Origin: a virus
Lineage: Duplodnaviria > Caudoviricetes
Virus record (IMG/VR): IMGVR_UViG_3300004241_000024
Span: 1 to 39,128 of that record
Direction: 5' to 3' (one strand)
DNA length: 39,128 nt
Every line of letters begins with the position of its first letter. Positions within the stretch are counted from its first letter, which is position 1. This document shows, in pieces, positions 1 to 8,216 of the stretch. Below the pieces are notes generated by a model. That model was not told the DNA's origin, made no database searches, and saw only the letters and a list, made by a program, of their open reading frames with translations. The position numbers and the translations under genes are program-made.

Positions 1-68
1 GTGTATTAGGGTTACCCCATTCTCTTTCCTACCCCCGATTGTAAACGTGCTACCTGCTTTTCAATTTA

Positions 69-98
69 AGAATAGCAAGTACACTGTACCCCCGTCAA
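69..98 (-). promoter_or_regulatory. sigma70-type promoter pointing out of the left end of the window
   Basis: Minus strand TTGACG (93-98), 18-nt spacer, TGc-TATTCT (69-77). The -35 sits inside CCCCC-GTCAA-GGGGG. Confidence 0.55.
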
Positions 99-107
99 GG
101 GGGATAA

Positions 108-269
108 TTACATTTGCTTTTTATTCCTGCTTGCATGGAATATGACCATCTGTTTAAGGGCTTCACTTTGAGTCATAGCCATCCGCTTTGAATAATCACG
201 AACATAATCGGTGACAATCTTTGGCCACCGAACATGATATTTTATTTCTTCTATATTTTTATCTTTCAT
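108..269 (-). CDS. small ribbon-helix-helix-like DNA-binding protein (53 aa)
   Basis: Likely start is ATG 269 (MKDKNIEEIKYHVRWPKIV...), just after the ERF stop. Alternating strand YHVRW-P followed by two helices resembles Arc/CopG. Confidence 0.5.
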   Translation of the reverse strand: MKDKNIEEIKYHVRWPKIVTDYVRDYSKRMAMTQSEALKQMVIFHASRNKKQM

Positions 270-271
270 AG

Positions 272-820
272 TTATATCCACCTGGGGGTGTGTTGATCCT
301 CCTTGGTGCTGTTGGGACAAAAGTAACCATGCCATTCTTTGCCATTTTTATCTATCCCGGACTTCTCGACCATCTTAGCATTACACCTGGCACAAAAGAC
401 TTCTAAACTGGTTTTCTCTTGAGGTTTATGATCGGTGGCTTTTTCGCCATCATCATCCTCGGAAGGGATAAAGAGCATGGCCTGAAGGGTGTAGCGTTTG
501 GCGTAGGTAATGGCTGATCCTAGGGCTTGAGGGTCGTGATCTGCTTTGACCGCTACCCTCATTCGAGACGAGATAAACTCCCCGGATTCATGGAGTAGGA
601 CAGTCTCGACATAATTACCGTTCTCATCAGCGTCTTCCGGCTGTAAAATGGTAATGCCGTTATCATTACAGGGTTTCTTACAAACTCTCATCACTTCGCC
701 TAAATCAGCATAAGTGCTGTGATAAAAGGGATTTTCCGCTTCTTTCTTGGCGGAGCCGATTTCCTTTTGGGCTTTTAAAAGTGCCGGAGCAATTTGTTTT
801 ATACTTTCTGATGTCTTCAT
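272..820 (-). CDS. erf: ERF-family single-strand annealing protein with C-terminal Zn-binding motif
   Basis: ERF motifs NPFYHSTYADL, LLHESGE and QALGSAITYAKRY...EDDDGE; C-terminal CARC...GYFCP. Confidence 0.92.
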   Translation of the reverse strand: MKTSESIKQIAPALLKAQKEIGSAKKEAENPFYHSTYADLGEVMRVCKKPCNDNGITILQPEDADENGNYVETVLLHESGEFISSRMRVAVKADHDPQALGSAITYAKRYTLQAMLFIPSEDDDGEKATDHKPQEKTSLEVFCARCNAKMVEKSGIDKNGKEWHGYFCPNSTKEDQHTPRWI

Positions 821-978
821 TTTATTTTTAGAATAACATTTAACTTTTGACTAAATTCGGTCACTAAATCACCGACTTCCGAAGGTTCGGCTCGGTTGTA
901 TTTTTTGGCGAGGTCGACTGCACTCTCCATTATCAGGCGTTTTGTTTCATACCGGGTCATTTTGGTTGATAGTTTCAT
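817..978 (-). CDS. hypothetical protein (53 aa, not in ORF track)
   Basis: MKLSTKMTRYETKRLIMESAVDLAKKYNRAEPSEVGDLVTEFSQKLNVILKIK*; ATGA overlaps with both neighbours. Confidence 0.65.
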   Translation of the reverse strand: MKLSTKMTRYETKRLIMESAVDLAKKYNRAEPSEVGDLVTEFSQKLNVILKIK

Positions 979-1199
979 TCTCTGTTTGAAAAATCTAACT
1001 CCCTTTGTGGATCAATATTAGTCATCCCAGTATTACGCATGAAGTCAAAGCCGGATCGTTTCAAACCTTCAACCTCTGCATTGCATGAGTAGTAATAATT
1101 GGTAATGCCAAATTCTTCGTCTATAAGTTGGGGAATGGCTTCGGAGGGTAAATTGTCTGATTTGCTAAGGACTTTTTCTTCGGCTTGCTTATAAGTCAT
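975..1199 (-). CDS. hypothetical protein
   Basis: 74-aa ORF directly downstream of the promoter at 1226-1255 and coupled to the next ORF. Confidence 0.65.
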   Translation of the reverse strand: MTYKQAEEKVLSKSDNLPSEAIPQLIDEEFGITNYYYSCNAEVEGLKRSGFDFMRNTGMTNIDPQRELDFSNRE

Positions 1200-1225
1200 T
1201 TGTTGATTGAATTAGTAATTGATCT

Positions 1226-1255
1226 AGTCTAGCACCCCAATGTGGGGGTTGTCAA
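1226..1255 (-). promoter_or_regulatory. early promoter with an inverted repeat in the spacer, overlapping a possible divergent integrase promoter
   Basis: Minus strand TTGACA (1250-1255), 18 nt, TGc-TAGACT (1226-1234). Spacer holds ACCCC-AATGTG-GGGGT. Plus strand has TTGTCA-16 nt-TAAAAT (1249-1276). Confidence 0.65.
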
Positions 1256-1299
1256 CAAGATGATTTGAAGTAAAATAGAACAAGTGGTCGGAGGTCAAG

Positions 1300-2394
1300 A
1301 TGGCACTTCGTAGAAGTAATGGTGAAGGTAGTATCTGTTTCTCCGAAAAAGAGCAACTCTGGATCGGTCAAATTACCCTGCCTGGTGGTAAAAGACGACG
1401 GAAGAGATCAAAAACCCAAAAGGTCGTCAAAGATTGGCTCCTGGTGCAACGTGAAGCGGTTAGAGACGGTTTAGTGGTAGAGGATGAAAAAGTTACCCTG
1501 AATGAATTTATAGACCGTTACATGAATGATGTCGCCGCCCATACACTAAGACCGAAAACACTAGAAGCCTATCACTCTCTTATAAGGGTGCATTTAAAAC
1601 CCGCTCTAGGGCAGATCAGATTAAATCAACTAAGACCCGCTCATGTGCAGAAATTCTACGCAGAGAAACTTGAAGCTGGTCTGTCCCGAAGAACGGTCCA
1701 GTTTATTCACTCCATCCTAAGAAAAATACTTGATCAGGCGTTGCGGTGGGGCTTGGTAGTCAGAAATGTAGCCGATCTAGTCGACGCTCCTGTACCCAAA
1801 CGTAAAGCACCGATAACTTGGAATCCTGATCAGGTAAGAAAGTTTTTAGAAACAGTCAAAGATCATCGCTGGTATCCGATTTATGTGCTGGCTCTTTATT
1901 GCGGATTGAGGGAAGGTGAACTGTTAGGTCTGCACTTTGAGGATGTCGACCTGTTACACAGTCAGATTCATGTCCGGCACGCCGTCCAGTATTTAATCGG
2001 TGGGGGACTGGTGATCACCGAACCGAAGACCGATTCAGGCAAGAGGACGGTGACTATTCCGAGCTTTGCTAATAATGTCCTGCTCGAATATATGCACCCA
2101 TTGAAAAGGAATCAGGGACTCATTTTTGTCACCGGAAACAACACTCCCATTTCTCCACGGAATTTGATCAGGCATTTTAAATCTGCCCTGAAAGAAGCCG
2201 GCCTGCCGGAAATAAGGTTCCATGATATGAGGCATACCCACGCTTCTCTATTGTTAGCCGCCGGAGTCCATCCTAAATTAGTTCAGGAACGGTTGGGACA
2301 TTCACAAATCAGCTTAACCTTGGATACTTACACCCACGTTATTCCGAATATGCAAGATGGGGTAGCCGAGAAGATTGACGATTTGTTGAGATAG
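1300..2394 (+). CDS. int: tyrosine recombinase / integrase
   Basis: N-terminal RRSNGEGSI arm-binding segment; catalytic GLREGELLGL (R), EPKT (K), FHDMRHTHAS (HxxR), LGHS (H), DTYTH (Y). SD GGAGG upstream. Confidence 0.96.
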   Translation: MALRRSNGEGSICFSEKEQLWIGQITLPGGKRRRKRSKTQKVVKDWLLVQREAVRDGLVVEDEKVTLNEFIDRYMNDVAAHTLRPKTLEAYHSLIRVHLKPALGQIRLNQLRPAHVQKFYAEKLEAGLSRRTVQFIHSILRKILDQALRWGLVVRNVADLVDAPVPKRKAPITWNPDQVRKFLETVKDHRWYPIYVLALYCGLREGELLGLHFEDVDLLHSQIHVRHAVQYLIGGGLVITEPKTDSGKRTVTIPSFANNVLLEYMHPLKRNQGLIFVTGNNTPISPRNLIRHFKSALKEAGLPEIRFHDMRHTHASLLLAAGVHPKLVQERLGHSQISLTLDTYTHVIPNMQDGVAEKIDDLLR

Positions 2395-2523
2395 CGTATC
2401 AGTTAAGTATCAGTTACGTTTTTCTTATTAGAATTATTGGTCAGAGTAGAGGCAATACAAGCTGTTTTGTAGGCTTTTTAGACGTATTTGACAGGTTAAA
2501 CTCATTAAAAAGGTCGAAGGATA

Positions 2524-2569
2524 GACTCTTAATCAATGGGTTCAGGGTTCGAGTCCCTGGTCGGTCACC
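2524..2569 (+). tRNA. 3' fragment of tRNA-Lys(CTT), att core; not a complete gene
   Basis: GACTCTTAATC anticodon loop (CTT 2528-2530), T-arm CAGGG-TTCGAGT-CCCTG, acceptor 3' strand GTCGGTC-A-CC. No D-arm or 5' acceptor strand upstream. Confidence 0.85.
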
Positions 2570-2590
2570 TAGATATGCCGTTTTTTAACT

Positions 2591-2623
2591 AGATACCCCC
2601 TATATGTGGGGGTGTCTTGTTTT
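2591..2623 (+). terminator. hairpin/terminator downstream of the tRNA fragment
   Basis: AGATACCCCC-TATATGT-GGGGGTGTCT followed by TGTTTT. Confidence 0.55.
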
Positions 2624-2723
2624 AACCGTATCAATAGCGTATCAGTTGAAGGATGGTATAAATCACTGGCGTAAATCCCACTCCTGAATAGAATCAATTT
2701 TAAAATCTATTCGGGAGGGTATT

Positions 2724-3311
2724 TTGGCTATCACCGATCTACCTGCGTTCATAAAACTCAACTATGAAATCCATGAATGGCGACACGCTTCAGCTATCTT
2801 AAGCACAGACTTTCCCCATGAGTGGGATGATATTATTGCTGTTCTAACTGGCTTCCGCCTAAATAGGAGTTTTATATCTGTTGGTGGTGGCAACCGCTCG
2901 CTGGTATCAGCCTCGATTGATGGCGGTTTCTATGAAAGGGGTTGGAGAGAGACCAAGTTTGACACCAAAATCGTCGTTGATCAAAACGAAATCCATTCTC
3001 CAACCCATCAGGTAGATAACTATAAAAACAAGATCGCTGTGGAGGTTGAATGGAATAATAAAGACCCGTTCTTTGATCGGGATTTAAACAACTTCCGCCT
3101 TCTTTTTGAGCTTCGGGTTATATCGGTTGGGATTATAATTACCAGAACAGACGCTCTACAAAGGATATTCAATTCTTTGGGACGTGGTGCTTCTTATGGA
3201 ATGGCGACCACCCACATGAGTAAATTAATCCCCAAAGTTGAAGGAGGGGGAGGTGGTGGTTGTCCAGTCTTGATCTTTGGAATTAAACCTAGCTTATATG
3301 TAGAGGATTAA
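2724..3311 (+). CDS. BglII/BstYI-family restriction endonuclease
   Basis: THQVD...IAVEVEWNNKDPFFDRDLNNF...VGIIITR and GGGGGCPVLIFGI. TTG start with GGAGGG upstream; adjacent to a methyltransferase. Confidence 0.85.
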   Translation: MAITDLPAFIKLNYEIHEWRHASAILSTDFPHEWDDIIAVLTGFRLNRSFISVGGGNRSLVSASIDGGFYERGWRETKFDTKIVVDQNEIHSPTHQVDNYKNKIAVEVEWNNKDPFFDRDLNNFRLLFELRVISVGIIITRTDALQRIFNSLGRGASYGMATTHMSKLIPKVEGGGGGGCPVLIFGIKPSLYVED

Positions 3312-3893
3312 TTGGATTTTCCCATTGGTAAGTTTTCGACAATTTTAGCTGATCCTCCTTGGAAGTTTGATAATAAGACTGGCAAAATAGCTCCGGAACA
3401 CAAACGCCTGTTCCGCTATCAAACCATGACCAATGAGGATATTATCAATTTTCCTATTCAAGATTTAGTCGATGATAAAGCTCATTTATATTTATGGGTT
3501 CCCAACGCTTTAGTTAGCTTAGGTTTAGATGTAATGAAGGCATGGGGGTTTACTTACAAAACTAATTTAATCTGGTACAAGGTCCGCAAGGATGGGGGAC
3601 CGGATAGACGGGGAGTCGGTTTCTATTATAGAAATGTGACAGAAATGATTTTGTTTGGTGTTAAGGGAAGAATGAGAACCCTGCAACCAGGTAGAAGTAT
3701 GCCGAATATAATTATCTCTCAAAAAAGAGAACACTCCAGAAAGCCAGATGAGCTTTATCCGATCATTGAGGCTTGTTCTCCCGATCCTTATCTTGAATTG
3801 TTTAACCGTGTCCCTAGAGATGGTTGGACGTGTTGGGGTGATGAAGTTGGTGAATATGAACCAAGGCAGAGTATTTATACAGGTAAAAGGTAA
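3312..3893 (+). CDS. MT-A70-family adenine methyltransferase
   Basis: TILADPPW, AHLYLWVPN, AWGFTYKT, EHSRKPDE, YLELFNR, GWTCWGDE. Starts immediately after the REase stop. Confidence 0.92.
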   Translation: MDFPIGKFSTILADPPWKFDNKTGKIAPEHKRLFRYQTMTNEDIINFPIQDLVDDKAHLYLWVPNALVSLGLDVMKAWGFTYKTNLIWYKVRKDGGPDRRGVGFYYRNVTEMILFGVKGRMRTLQPGRSMPNIIISQKREHSRKPDELYPIIEACSPDPYLELFNRVPRDGWTCWGDEVGEYEPRQSIYTGKR

Positions 3894-3991
3894 CCCCCTC
3901 TACACTCCTTCGGAGTGTCCCCCCAGGGGGACGGATTTTAAATTCTAGAATATAATTAGATCAATGTCTGATTAGTGCAAGAAGGGGAACC

Positions 3992-4501
3992 ATGAGTCTA
4001 ATTACTTGTTCAAAATGCGGTTATACATGGGCTGGAGATCAGAGTCCTATTTGTTCAATGTGTAATATAAAACATTGGGAAAATTATGCAGGCTTCATTA
4101 AACCAAAACATGATCCTTCGATATTACCTAATCCTATGGATCGTGATCGTTCAGTAGTTACCATGGACTGCATTACCGATAAGGAATTATATATAAGCGA
4201 ACTTGCCCAAAAAGGTCAATATTATTATGACACCATCTATAACAATATTACTTGTGTACTCAACCAACCTTTGGGAAATACTGCAGGATCTGTAGTGCCG
4301 GCTTGGAATGATTGGCCGACTAGAGCATTGGATGCTCAAAAAGTAGTGGATGTTTTCGGGGATGCCCACGTCTATGCAGTTAAATATTCAACTGTCAATT
4401 ACGAAATAGCATCTGGCAGACTTGTTCAGGCCCGGTTTTGCAGTGTGAAAGGTTGCATCAACTTGGCCGTTCCACCAGCAGATAAATGTATAAGACACTA
4501 A
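3992..4501 (+). CDS. hypothetical protein with Cys clusters at both ends
   Basis: CSKC...CSMC at the N-terminus and CSVKGC...C..H at the C-terminus; purine-rich SD. Confidence 0.7.
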   Translation: MSLITCSKCGYTWAGDQSPICSMCNIKHWENYAGFIKPKHDPSILPNPMDRDRSVVTMDCITDKELYISELAQKGQYYYDTIYNNITCVLNQPLGNTAGSVVPAWNDWPTRALDAQKVVDVFGDAHVYAVKYSTVNYEIASGRLVQARFCSVKGCINLAVPPADKCIRH

Positions 4502-4507
4502 AACTTC

Positions 4508-4675
4508 TTATTGTTGGCTTTTTATTTTCTCTATCTCCATCTTGTAGTGTAATGCCAGGCTCTTATCTACTCTGAATGCTGTCCACCGCTTATCGAGAAC
4601 ATCTTTAGGATAGTCATTCTTCCATTTGTTTCTAAGAGCTTGGAGTTTGGATTCTAGTTCTTCTATTTTCATCAT
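4508..4675 (-). CDS. hypothetical protein (55 aa, not in ORF track)
   Basis: MMKIEELESKLQALRNKWKNDYPKDVLDKRWTAFRVDKSLALHYKMEIEKIKSQQ*; TACAAT lies 5 nt before the ATG (leaderless-like). Confidence 0.6.
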   Translation of the reverse strand: MMKIEELESKLQALRNKWKNDYPKDVLDKRWTAFRVDKSLALHYKMEIEKIKSQQ

Positions 4676-4919
4676 GCTTTATTGTAAATATGCTTAGGGA
4701 GAGCCAGAGTAGGAACGTACCCCCCTTACCCCCCAGAATGATTGCTTAATCCGAAAACCACGATTGTGTAAAAGGGGGACTTGGTGCAACTCCTTGGATG
4801 TCCTCACTCTTTTAATCCGTTACTGCTTGAGGTGTCGCCCTAAGCTAGTATCGCTGTACTTCTCAATTTTTATAGCGGAAAGCCCTTTTTAAACCCATCC
4901 GCTCTAACATTGAGGGGAT

Positions 4920-4950
4920 AAAAAAATCCCCGTGGTTTAGGCACGGGGAT
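4920..4950 (-). terminator. intrinsic terminator / attenuator hairpin
   Basis: ATCCCCGTG-7 nt-CACGGGGAT with a U-run on the minus strand. Confidence 0.7.
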
Positions 4951-5232
4951 AAATTTACTATAGTAGATAAATTGTATCACATCAGCCTAAACCTAATGTT
5001 TCTATAATCAGAATAATCAATTTGAAAACGACTTGCAATATGTAAAACGTGATCAAAAAAAAGCCCCCCAGCTCATGAAAAATCAGTCACCAAAGGGCAT
5101 AGAAAATATAATATCATTTCTTGCCATCTCTTGGCAAATGGCGTTTTTCACACTCTGGCTTCCTGACCACTGGTAAATTAGCAAAGGGTTTCTCAACTGG
5201 TTTAGGTAGTTTAATTCTCTCCACAAATCAGG

Positions 5233-5436
5233 TTATGCTTTTTTAAAAGCATTGTCAAATCCACTCACAGGAACCAGTTGATTATCCAACCACCACATCA
5301 AATCACTCTCACGGATACGGACATTCCGTTGAATTTTGATGTGCGGTATCTTCCTTCGGGATATCAAATAGTAAATTTTCGCCTTAGATATCTTCAGATA
5401 TTCGGCAACATCTTTTACAGTCATAATCTTGTCCAT
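5233..5436 (-). CDS. excisionase-like helix-turn-helix protein (HTH_17)
   Basis: IMTVKDVAEYLKISKAKIYYLI...IPHIKI..NVRIRESDL..WL; SD AGGAGG. Confidence 0.88.
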   Translation of the reverse strand: MDKIMTVKDVAEYLKISKAKIYYLISRRKIPHIKIQRNVRIRESDLMWWLDNQLVPVSGFDNAFKKA

Positions 5437-5678
5437 TTTTCCTCCTGAAGCTTTCTGACGATCATCTCCATGTAGGCTCCGACAATTGCTTGTCTCATTT
5501 TTACTGGCATTCCATCGTTAAAATCCGGAGTCGGAAATGGTGGCAAATCTTCGAAGGTCAAACCCTGTCTCATCTCAAACCTCGTTTGGGTGATCTCGGC
5601 CAAACAAGGCTCACAAAAATCTGATAGATAAAAACGACATATTTTGCAACTCGAATAGACTGATATTTCTTGTTTCAT
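5421..5678 (-). CDS. hypothetical Cys-rich protein
   Basis: ATG 5678 preceded by GGAGG; CKIC...CEPC; overlaps the xis-like start. Confidence 0.7.
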   Translation of the reverse strand: MKQEISVYSSCKICRFYLSDFCEPCLAEITQTRFEMRQGLTFEDLPPFPTPDFNDGMPVKMRQAIVGAYMEMIVRKLQEEKWTRL

Positions 5679-5723
5679 AATTTCCTCCACGGCAGAGGTT
5701 GGTGATCACTGCCGTGAATAAGC

Positions 5724-5876
5724 CTATTCAGCTCTGTGGTACTTTTTGCACTTTTCGCAATAGTGCAGTGTCAAAGTCTCACTCGGCTTATCATCTTTCG
5801 ATGGTGGGGATATGATTGTCGCCAACCCTTTCCCAACGTCTCTCAAGATGATTTTGGCTTGTTCTTTCACTGACAT
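5724..5876 (-). CDS. small hypothetical protein (50 aa)
   Basis: ATG 5876 preceded by GGAAGGTG; C-terminal HYCEKCKKYH. Confidence 0.55.
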   Translation of the reverse strand: MSVKEQAKIILRDVGKGLATIISPPSKDDKPSETLTLHYCEKCKKYHRAE

Positions 5877-5928
5877 ATGATCACCTTCCTCTGCCTGCTT
5901 TAACGGGACTAACATTGCCCGTTGTAGC

Positions 5929-7428
5929 CTAAACAGTCGGTCTGGTGTTTGTTTCCTCTACATGCCTCCTGTTGATAATTTCTAATGCGTCCCTGACCCG
6001 AACACCCCTTTGTCTTAAAAGTGTTTCCTTGAGGTCGTCAAGGTCGGATTTATTAATTTGATTGACACTGGTTTTGGTTTCTTCGATGTGAAGCACCCGG
6101 TCTTCCATCTGTGATTCACTGACATGTCGTCGGATGATACATTCCCTTCGCTTTAATCTTTGGATCCAGTTACCGATCTCCAAATACTGCCCTCTGTCGC
6201 TTTCCATCATCGGGTGTTGTCGGTCATTGAGAGAGGGGAGTTTTTGCAGGGTAGGGTCGTACTTGAATAACTGCTGGGCGATCTCGTAAGCTTCGTTAAA
6301 ATTGGCCATCGCAAAAGAGACAATGTTTCCCAAACTCCAAATATGAGGGCGAAGTTCCTCACTCATTTGGGCCAATTCTTGTAAGACGATGTAGAGCTGT
6401 AACTTCCGGCTTCGATATTGAGGGGAGAGTTGGGACAGTTCCACCGCCATACCCGGAATGGACAGAAGAGAATAGACCTCATCCAGGATCAAAGAAACAG
6501 GTTTATCACTCGGATCAGCAGGTCTCCGGCGTTTTATTTCAGCTAGGATCAAGGAAAACACCTGGGTAAACAGATAGTGCTGACTCTGTTCCTGACCGAT
6601 CAATTTAGCCCCGTCAATGATGATCATCTTTCCGCCTTCGATCGCTTCCTTCGGTGTCCACCCGGGACGGTAATAACCCAAGCGTGCTTTAATCTCCCGA
6701 ATGTCTGTTAGATTGAGCAAAGCTCTAAGAGCATAAGTTCTCATTTCCCTCTCACCGGATTTCATATCCTGACTCAAATATTCGTTGTTTAAAAACCAGT
6801 TAGTTTCAGGCACCTTTCTGCCGTACTTACTCAAAGCTCTGCGGAGGATGTTCTTATCCACCATTAATTTCTTGGTTTCAGTAATCTGCCATGTCTCATT
6901 GGGATCAACTTCGTCATTGGTGATTGCCGTTAGTAAACGGAAGAAATGGGGAGCGATTTCGTTGACCGCCAGTCCTCCCAAGATAGGAGCGTTTTGAATC
7001 AGGTGGGGAGACAGTTTACTTAAGTTTGAAACCACCCGTTGAATTTGATCTTCGTAATTCCCACCGTATAAGGGGGAAAATTCCGGCATGGGGACGACCC
7101 ATTCCGTATTCCCCAACTGATCATAGACGATCCGTTTTAAAAGTTCATTTCTATAAGCTGTCGGCTCGCTAGCAACCATCGTTAGAATCGAGTCAGTGAT
7201 CGATCCGGACCAGTCGAGGACAAAGATGGCTCTATCGGGATATCGTTTAAAATACTCGACCAGGTGACGTGCTAGACTGGTGGTTTTACCCGTTCCCTGC
7301 TTGCCGATAAAGAGAGTTCCCATTGTCAAACCTGCGTCAAATAACTCGTCTTCTTTAGCCGAAACCATTGAGGTCGAGACAGACCGGGGGCCGAAAAACA
7401 AGTGATTGAGGGTCTTAAGATTGAGCAT
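5929..7428 (-). CDS. VirD4/TrwB/HerA-like ATPase (type IV coupling protein-like), no obvious membrane anchor
   Basis: Walker A GKQGTGKT, FVLDWSG, Walker B LILDE, RSRKLQLYIVLQ (R-finger/Q sensor), GNIVSF. Confidence 0.82.
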   Translation of the reverse strand: MLNLKTLNHLFFGPRSVSTSMVSAKEDELFDAGLTMGTLFIGKQGTGKTTSLARHLVEYFKRYPDRAIFVLDWSGSITDSILTMVASEPTAYRNELLKRIVYDQLGNTEWVVPMPEFSPLYGGNYEDQIQRVVSNLSKLSPHLIQNAPILGGLAVNEIAPHFFRLLTAITNDEVDPNETWQITETKKLMVDKNILRRALSKYGRKVPETNWFLNNEYLSQDMKSGEREMRTYALRALLNLTDIREIKARLGYYRPGWTPKEAIEGGKMIIIDGAKLIGQEQSQHYLFTQVFSLILAEIKRRRPADPSDKPVSLILDEVYSLLSIPGMAVELSQLSPQYRSRKLQLYIVLQELAQMSEELRPHIWSLGNIVSFAMANFNEAYEIAQQLFKYDPTLQKLPSLNDRQHPMMESDRGQYLEIGNWIQRLKRRECIIRRHVSESQMEDRVLHIEETKTSVNQINKSDLDDLKETLLRQRGVRVRDALEIINRRHVEETNTRPTV

Positions 7429-8179
7429 TGGTCAACGGGTAGCTTTTCCCGTCCTCCCCATAAATATAGATAGGTGATGACATTTGCTGGCCGATAGGGA
7501 TAGATTTGAATGTCTCATAGTCCACGAAGTACACCGGCAGATCGGTAGGCATGGACTCAAGGGCGAGTTTCTGGACCCTCTCTCTTGAAACGTCAATCAC
7601 GAAGACCAGAAAACAGTCGGTTTTAAATTTCGTATTAATCTCCCATAAGTGATTGCGGTAGGCGATCAATTTGCTTTTCATCTTGTTTGAATACTCAAAA
7701 TCTTTTTTGGTTGAAAACTCGATCAAAAGCATTTTCCCATTGGGATACCATAGTCCCGACTCCGGAACTGCCCCAAATCGGGTAAAGTGTCTTTCTTCGA
7801 TAACGATGGCGGAAGTGTTGGATCGCCATAGTCTGACTAAAACTTCAGTACACCCAAGCCCATGTTCGACTTTGAGAAGATGATCAGGGTGTCTCACTTT
7901 GCGGGGACAGGCGTAGATCAAATGCTTTCCGTATTTAGTAGCAAATAGAGACCGCCCCCTGGTAAATTTGTTCGCCCATTTACTGACTAAACGGGGAAGG
8001 ATTGTCTCCGTCCGGCGGTGTCGTTTCAATTCGCCCGTCAACCAGATAATAAAGTGTTCTTTGGTTGCCCAATGGAATAATTGAGACGCTTCCAGATACT
8101 TTTCTTTTGGTATGGCGTAAGTCCTCATTTTTGCACTCCTTGGGTGGGGAGGAAACAATATCCCGTGTTTTTGCTCCAC
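7415..8179 (-). CDS. replication-relaxation (Replic_Relax) family-like protein
   Basis: wHTH-like N-terminus followed by EHGLGCTE, VPE, LLIEFST and KLIAY, matching the family's H-x-L, PD, LEvD and K-xx-Y pattern. Overlaps the ATPase gene. Start uncertain. Confidence 0.65.
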   Translation of the reverse strand: MEQKHGILFPPHPRSAKMRTYAIPKEKYLEASQLFHWATKEHFIIWLTGELKRHRRTETILPRLVSKWANKFTRGRSLFATKYGKHLIYACPRKVRHPDHLLKVEHGLGCTEVLVRLWRSNTSAIVIEERHFTRFGAVPESGLWYPNGKMLLIEFSTKKDFEYSNKMKSKLIAYRNHLWEINTKFKTDCFLVFVIDVSRERVQKLALESMPTDLPVYFVDYETFKSIPIGQQMSSPIYIYGEDGKSYPLTNAQS

Positions 8180-8216
8180 ACATTAAGCTATCAAATCGAG
8201 ATATCTTTTGCAAACA

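Larger units (their letters stand above)
2391..2647 (+). other. attP-like attachment site
   Basis: GTATCA(G/A)T(T/A) at 2396, 2407, 2628 and 2639 (11-bp spacing within each pair). Exact ATAGCGTATCAGTT at 2391-2404 and 2634-2647 flanks a tRNA fragment right after int. Confidence 0.8.

Noticed and set aside
2490-2570. Full functional tRNA-Lys gene
   Set aside because: The 5' acceptor strand and D-arm are absent, so it is treated as an att core.
2724-3311. BglII specificity (AGATCT) inferred from family or site avoidance
   Set aside because: AGATCT occurs in the window (for example near 20042 and 22168), and family membership does not fix specificity.
5113-5223. 36-codon GTG ORF downstream of xis
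   Set aside because: Short, no SD and no motif; could be a remnant but cannot be supported.
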